The position numbers were made by a program, and so were the translations under genes. From the human T2T-CHM13v2.0 reference genome, Homo sapiens: a stretch of DNA of 64,000 bases. The DNA lies in NCBI RefSeq assembly GCF_009914755.1, contig NC_060926.1. The stretch is one strand, 5' to 3'. This document shows positions 56,947-64,000 of this stretch, one piece after another; position 1 is the first letter of the stretch; every line of letters begins with the position of its first letter. The notes below the pieces were generated by a model that was not told where the DNA came from, did no database searches, and worked only from the letters and a program-made list of their open reading frames with translations.

Positions 56947-57879
56947 GTAAGAAAAATATATTTTAAATCTTGTGGTTGTTCAACTTTAAAACATTTTTCT
57001 CTCACTTTTAAAATAACTGAATCTGAGTTTGTGCTTTTTTCTTGTTTGTGTTTAGTAGGAACCTATTACTTTTATTAAATTAAAAGTAAATTATTATTCA
57101 TTTGTTAGGGAGTCTTTAAATGTATTCTCTTAAAGGACCAGAGGCTGGACTTCCTACTTGATTTCGTCTTTAACTATATTTCAATTGCTAACTATAATGA
57201 AATGCAGTTACTAATGTTCTCTTGTTACAGTGGTTAAAAATTAGTTATACATGATGGTACATAATTTAGTTTAATTTTTTCAGATACATATAATCTCATA
57301 TAAACAAAGACTTGAGCTTTGTGTGATTGTGTGGTTCTGCTTCTATTTTAGCTGCAGCTAAGCCATCAAATTCAGATTTTAATTTTTAATTTTATATTTA
57401 ATTTTCATTTTATGTCTTTTTAATATTCTATGTGTATCTGTAAAATTTCCTACTTTCACTACTTAGGAGCTAAAGTCTGTTGCTAATTTTCTTTACTCTT
57501 AGAGCCATAGATAAGTATGCCAAGGAGCCAGTGACCAGGGAATTAACAATAGCTTTTCAAAAAATTAGAAGCCAGGCAACTGATCTGAGCTAGTTTCCTA
57601 GGCTTTTTCAGATCTAACTGGTCCTGGTGCCCGTTCTTGGACAGAACCTCTTTCCTTTGCCCTAATGCTTTTCTGGCCATCCCTTCTTGTCTGTAGGTCA
57701 TCACTGCTAGATAGGTCTATGAGTTCAGTGCTTTTTCTTCTAGAGAAGATAACTTTAGTTTCAAAAAAAAAATTGTTGTTAACCAGAAGATGCTGTGAGG
57801 TCTAAGCTGAAGCACTACTGCCCTAACCTGAGAATTAATAATCCTTCAGCTCTGGAATGCCTAGTGAAAGAGAAAAGAA

Positions 57880-58285
57880 TATACATTTGTTAAGCATCTA
57901 CTGTAAATTGAATGCTATACATGTAATTTTCCATTTAATTTTTATAGTAACCATATGGGTATCTCATATTATCCCTGCATTAGGTAAGAAAACTGAGGCC
58001 CAGGGAAGTCAGAGAACCTGCTCAGAGTCATACAGCTCATAAATTACGGAGCCACCTTGATTTGCCTGACTCCAAACCCTTATGTATGTTCTTACCTAAT
58101 GGTATCAACTAACCTTAGTCCACTTACTAGCTCTGTGATTTTGAGAAAGTATATTCAATGTTTAAAATGTAATAATTGTATCTACCTCAGAGAGTTCTTA
58201 TGAGGATTAAATAAGATCTGTTTTAAGCCCTTAGCATGGTGCCTGCACATAGTAAATACAAGAAAGGTTGGCTGCTATTATTAGT
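57880..58285. mobile_element. Two MIR fragments in opposite orientation
   Basis: MIR cores GAAAACTGAGGCCCAG and TGAGGATTAAATAAGAT. Confidence 0.65.
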
Positions 58286-60019
58286 TGATTTCTTCTTTCT
58301 AAGAAGCATACAGCCTAAACATTCCTAATTTAGAGGGTTGTTGGATAACAACCCTTAAATTTTTAGCTTAAAGTGCAAATATTCCCTGAGAGGCTATAGG
58401 CTGTGAGCTGGGTCTGGTGGTAGCTGAGAACGAATAGGAGTTTGTTTGAATGGCAGGCAGTTTGAGTTCTGTGGGACAGTTGTAAAGGAAGAGATATTAT
58501 ACATGTTACAGTTGCAAACTCTGGATTGCCAGAAAGTGACTTATTTAGTTCCTACAACAAGAAAGTTCCTACAACAATGACACTAACAACCACTTTTTGT
58601 TGTTTCACCTGAGGCTTTGGTGGAGACAGGCATTGGAAAATTCTGCTTCCAAAGGTACTTCAAAGAGATACTTTGTCCTGGTGCCTGAAACAGTTCTCAC
58701 TGCAGGGCTCAAGTCTGAATGAGCAAAGAGGAAAGAAAGTGCTATCTCCTCAGACTTTAACCTTCACTTGGGGACATGTTCTTTGTTACTCCTGGGACCT
58801 TGGCTAGGCATTGTTTCAGCATGTCAATCTGGCATAGTGAGAGCTTTTAGGGAGTCATTGAAGAAGCACTTTCTTCCTCTAAAAGAAGTTGTTTATCCAG
58901 TGAGAAAAATAACAAACCCAAAGATAAGTTTTTCTTACAGGACTGGTTGCTAGATATTTTTGTCTTGGAATTCAGAGGCCTTAGCGACTTAGGGACTGTT
59001 TAACACCTGCAGAACTTGCCTGTGTATTTGCAAACCAGTGCTGTATTTATGTCTGCTGATAAGGTAATTTGACATTGATACCAGATAAGGTAATTTGACA
59101 ATGATACCAGTTAGCTTGTAAGAAAATTACTAGGGCTGGAGAATTAATCAAAAACTTTTAACAGACCTATGTGACAGACATGAGTGTCTAAGGGAGCAAA
59201 GAGCTGTTATCCTGGGTATGTATTAATTTAGACTAATTGTGACATGAATCATATTAAGAAACTATATCTGCTGGATGCAAAGTACCTGGCCTTTGCTGTC
59301 CAGACAGAACTGGATTAGCTCAAGAGATAGAAGGAGCAAGAGGAGGAGGGCAACAAGAACAAAGGAAGGCATGGGAGCCAAGGAGGACTGAGGGTGGAGA
59401 GGCCTAGAGGCATTTTGTCTTCACTGTACTTGGGAGCATTGAAGCAGACATTCAGGGAAGTTATAGGCTCTAACTTCCTGGTAATATATATCTTGAGTTA
59501 ATTGTTCAAGGTATAAATTTATCTTTTTCTATATACCATACCAGCTAAATTTAAGTATAAATATAAGAGCAGTTTCTTCCCCAGTTCTTTCTGGTCATGG
59601 CAGACGTAAAAAATGGTACTCATTGAACAGCGTGCCACTCTACCCTATCCCACAGGCTAAGCAGATCAATAGCTGGGTACCCCAGAAACCCAACTGTGAA
59701 CTAATTTGTGGAGACTAATGCAAATATTGTAGATAATAGTCCTAATACTTGCAAGACTTGCAGGGATTAGATCGGTCAAAAGTGATTTACAATATCACAA
59801 ACATAAATTTTTAAGTAAACTTTTAACTATTTTAGGATTTAAGAAAGCAGTCTCAACTAGTTTAAGAGTGGGAGTGAAAGTAAAGACAGTTTACTTCTTA
59901 CTTAACTGAATAAATTAGTATGAAGACCAGTCGAGTCATTGCAGACATTTTAGGTAATGGCCTTTTTTTTCATCTTTATCCTTTTCGGTTGGTTGGTTGG
60001 GGTTTTTTTTTTTTTTTTT

Positions 60020-60935
<916 letters not shown>

Positions 60936-61276
60936 ATTTTAAAATTTTCCTTAAAATATCAAAGTGTATTCCTTTTCTTACATGGTAAATACTCAAATGC
61001 TTTATTTATGTGTGCTAAAGCTACAGACTCTGGCACAACTAGTTTTTTCTCCCATTCTTTTTGGGACACAGAGGAAGGAAGAATTGCCCACAATGTCACC
61101 AAAACAGATCAGCTTCTTAAAATATTTTTCCACATTCCCTTCTGGTTCATCATAAATTCTGTTGTCTAGTTAGGAACAAATTATACATATACCTGATCAT
61201 AATTTATTTTCTGCACATAAACTTATCAGACAAATAACAAGCAGGCTGATTTTATTTAAATCTACCAAGACATTTC

Positions 61277-61577
<301 letters not shown>

Positions 61578-62316
61578 CAAGACATAACTTTCTAACCTTT
61601 TTTGTGGCTACTGTACTACATGTGATTGCAAGGCATTGCAGGACCCTAAAGTGCTTTCTGGAGTTATAGCTAGAGATTGTTACATATGTTATAATTTTAG
61701 AGTGTATATATGTGTGTACACACACACACATACACATATATAAAACCTCTTTCCTTCAGTTTCCTGATATATAAAATGAGGACAGTCATATCTTGGTAAT
61801 TTGAGTCCTATGCAACTCTAAAATTTCATATTTAGGGTTATTTGAAAATTAATTTCTATATGGTATATAATAAAAATTTTACCTAAATATAAAGTGCCTA
61901 AATACCTGATTACTCAGAAGCACTGAGAAGACATCTCCAAGTAAACATTAACAGTGAAACAAAAGATCACATTTACATATTCAAGAAATAGTAAATTGAT
62001 AAATAATAGTAACGATTAATGTTTTATGTTTGATACACCTACTGTACTAATAAGTTAACCACAAACTATGGGATGCTTCATACCCTTAAACATTCTACTC
62101 CATAAGGTTTCAAGTCCACAGTTGTTACCACTGTTAAGCTGTTGTAGGAAATTGCCAAGCAATAAATTTACATTTTTTACAAGTCAATATAACTCTTGTG
62201 TTCTCTTGAAATTTCAGAAGCTTTTTATCTTTATTTAAGGGCATTTGTCAAAACAGGTCCCAATTGGAAATAAAAACCATTTGTCTCAGTAATGTATTTG
62301 TTTTCAATTTAACTAG

Positions 62317-62493
62317 ATTGCTCTTAAACTTGGTGTGACTGCTAATGATGTAAAGAATGTCATTATCTGGGGAAACCATTCCTCGACTCAGTATCCAGAT
62401 GTCAACCATGCCAAGGTGAAATTGCAAGGAAAGGAAGTTGGTGTTTATGAAGCTCTGAAAGATGACAGCTGGCTCAAGGGAGAATTTGTCACG
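62317..62493 (+). CDS. MDH1: MDH1 exon 6 ([28 protein letters not shown]...KGEFVT)
   Basis: AACTAG| ... ACG|GTAAGA; 177 nt. Catalytic His in WGNH. Confidence 0.97.
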
Positions 62494-62900
62494 GTAAGAA
62501 AAATCTGTGAGCCTTCTTAACACTGAGCGTAAAGAACTCTTGAGAGACTCTTAGGACAGAAAACCTTAAAGAGGGCAGGTCTTTCACAGTTGCTCTGATG
62601 ACTGCATACTTTCGGGATCATAGTAAGCCAGTCATGATCTAGTGTGATCTGATGTGACAGCAGTTGAGATTTATACCAAGATCCATGTCTTTGTCTGACC
62701 TATGATAAACTTTGTATGGAGATACATAGTTTCCTTTTTCCAGAAGGATTGGTAAGGCTGACATTGGGTTGTTGCATGATTTTGGAGGGGAAACATTAAG
62801 CTCTGGTCATAGCTTTTCACCCCAAGGTCGACTTGGAATTAATGAAAACTTTGCTATCATGACCAAGTAATACTGCTGCCTTCACCTGCCCCCTTCCCAG

Positions 62901-63014
62901 ACTGTGCAGCAGCGTGGCGCTGCTGTCATCAAGGCTCGAAAACTATCCAGTGCCATGTCTGCTGCAAAAGCCATCTGTGACCACGTCAGGGACATCTGGT
63001 TTGGAACCCCAGAG
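62901..63014 (+). CDS. MDH1: MDH1 exon 7 ([38 protein letters not shown])
   Basis: TCCCAG| ... GAG|GTAAGG; 114 nt. Confidence 0.97.
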
Positions 63015-63559
63015 GTAAGGATTTAGTGATTTGCACAGGTCACTCTATTTTATTTTTGTTGCCTGATGATATAATATAAAAAGAATATAGCCTTAGCAGT
63101 CAGTCAGGTTAGGTTCATTTCTCAGCTCAGCTGCCTATTAACAAGTAAACTTCGGGGTTTGTTAGCCTTGACCTTTCTGAGCTGTTTTGTCATCTTTTAC
63201 ATGACATTACTATTATACACAGGGTTGTGAGGGTTAAAGGAGATTGCACATGGAAAACACCTAGCACAATGCCTGATACATAGTAGGGGTGAATTTTTTT
63301 CTTCTATGCCACAGCTTCCTCATCTGTAAAATGAGGATTAGGTTTCCCTGGCCTACTTCACATATGATATGGAAGCGTGGAATGAAATAATATCCATGAA
63401 AGTTACCTTGTCACCAGTACCTGGTGCTGATGATAGTTCCTTACACAGTAATGATGTTATGAACATAGTAAGAAAGGGTCACCTGGTTTAATTTTATTAG
63501 TTCATGTGTCAGTTGTGTAAACTAATCATCATGAGTATGTGAAACATTGTTATTTTCAG

Positions 63560-63649
63560 GGAGAGTTTGTGTCCATGGGTGTTATCTCTGATGGCAACTC
63601 CTATGGTGTTCCTGATGATCTGCTCTACTCATTCCCTGTTGTAATCAAG
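63560..63649 (+). CDS. MDH1: MDH1 exon 8 ([30 protein letters not shown])
   Basis: TTTCAG| ... AAG|GTAAGG; 90 nt. The final exon is outside the window. Confidence 0.97.
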
Positions 63650-63720
63650 GTAAGGTATTTTGGAGCTATTTCCCTTCTTTGAGGAAGTAGTTATATGTTT
63701 CTCTTAAGAATGGTATTATT

Positions 63721-64000
63721 GGCCAGGCACAGTGGCTCACGCCTATAATCCCAACACTTTGGAAGGGCAAGGTGGCAAGATTGCTTGAGCCCAGGAGTTC
63801 AAGACCAGCCGGGGCAACATAGTGAGACCCCCTCTCTGCAAAAATAAAATAATTAGCCGGGCATGGTGGCACACATCTGTGGTCCTAGGTTCTTGAGAGG
63901 CTGAGGTAGGAGGATCACTTGAGCTTAGGAGATCAAGGCTGCAGTGAACCATGACAGTACCCCTCCACCAGGCAACAGAACGGGACCCTGTCCCCCAAAA
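63721..64000 (+). mobile_element. AluJ (runs to the window edge)
   Basis: Sense dimer 71 bp downstream of the exon 8 donor. Confidence 0.9.

Overview
Eukaryotic, primate-repeat-rich DNA that I recognise as the human WDPCP/MDH1 head-to-head locus (chr2p15); an AluYb8-type insertion points to human. A CpG island at about 45.7-46.8 kb drives WDPCP leftward. Only WDPCP coding exon 1 (25 codons) is present, and 1-45,850 appears to be its repeat-filled intron 1. The same island drives MDH1 (cytosolic malate dehydrogenase) rightward: coding exons 1-8 give 293 codons, there is an alternative first coding exon, and the last exon lies beyond the window. Nearly all ORFs in the supplied track are Alu, L1 or simple-repeat noise. 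I found no convincing new biological system. The most notable items are: (i) a decayed Tc1/mariner-superfamily transposase, missed by the ORF track, split across about 11 kb by nested retroelements; (ii) an inverted ~180-bp copy of an ORF1 segment inside a near-full-length L1; (iii) a 29-bp self-palindromic minisatellite; (iv) a promoter with an RFX X-box and two oppositely oriented ZNF143/SBS motifs; (v) an inverted Alu pair around three in-frame MDH1 exons. Repeat subfamily names are recalled by eye, not from a database search, and repeat boundaries are approximate unless a TSD is quoted.
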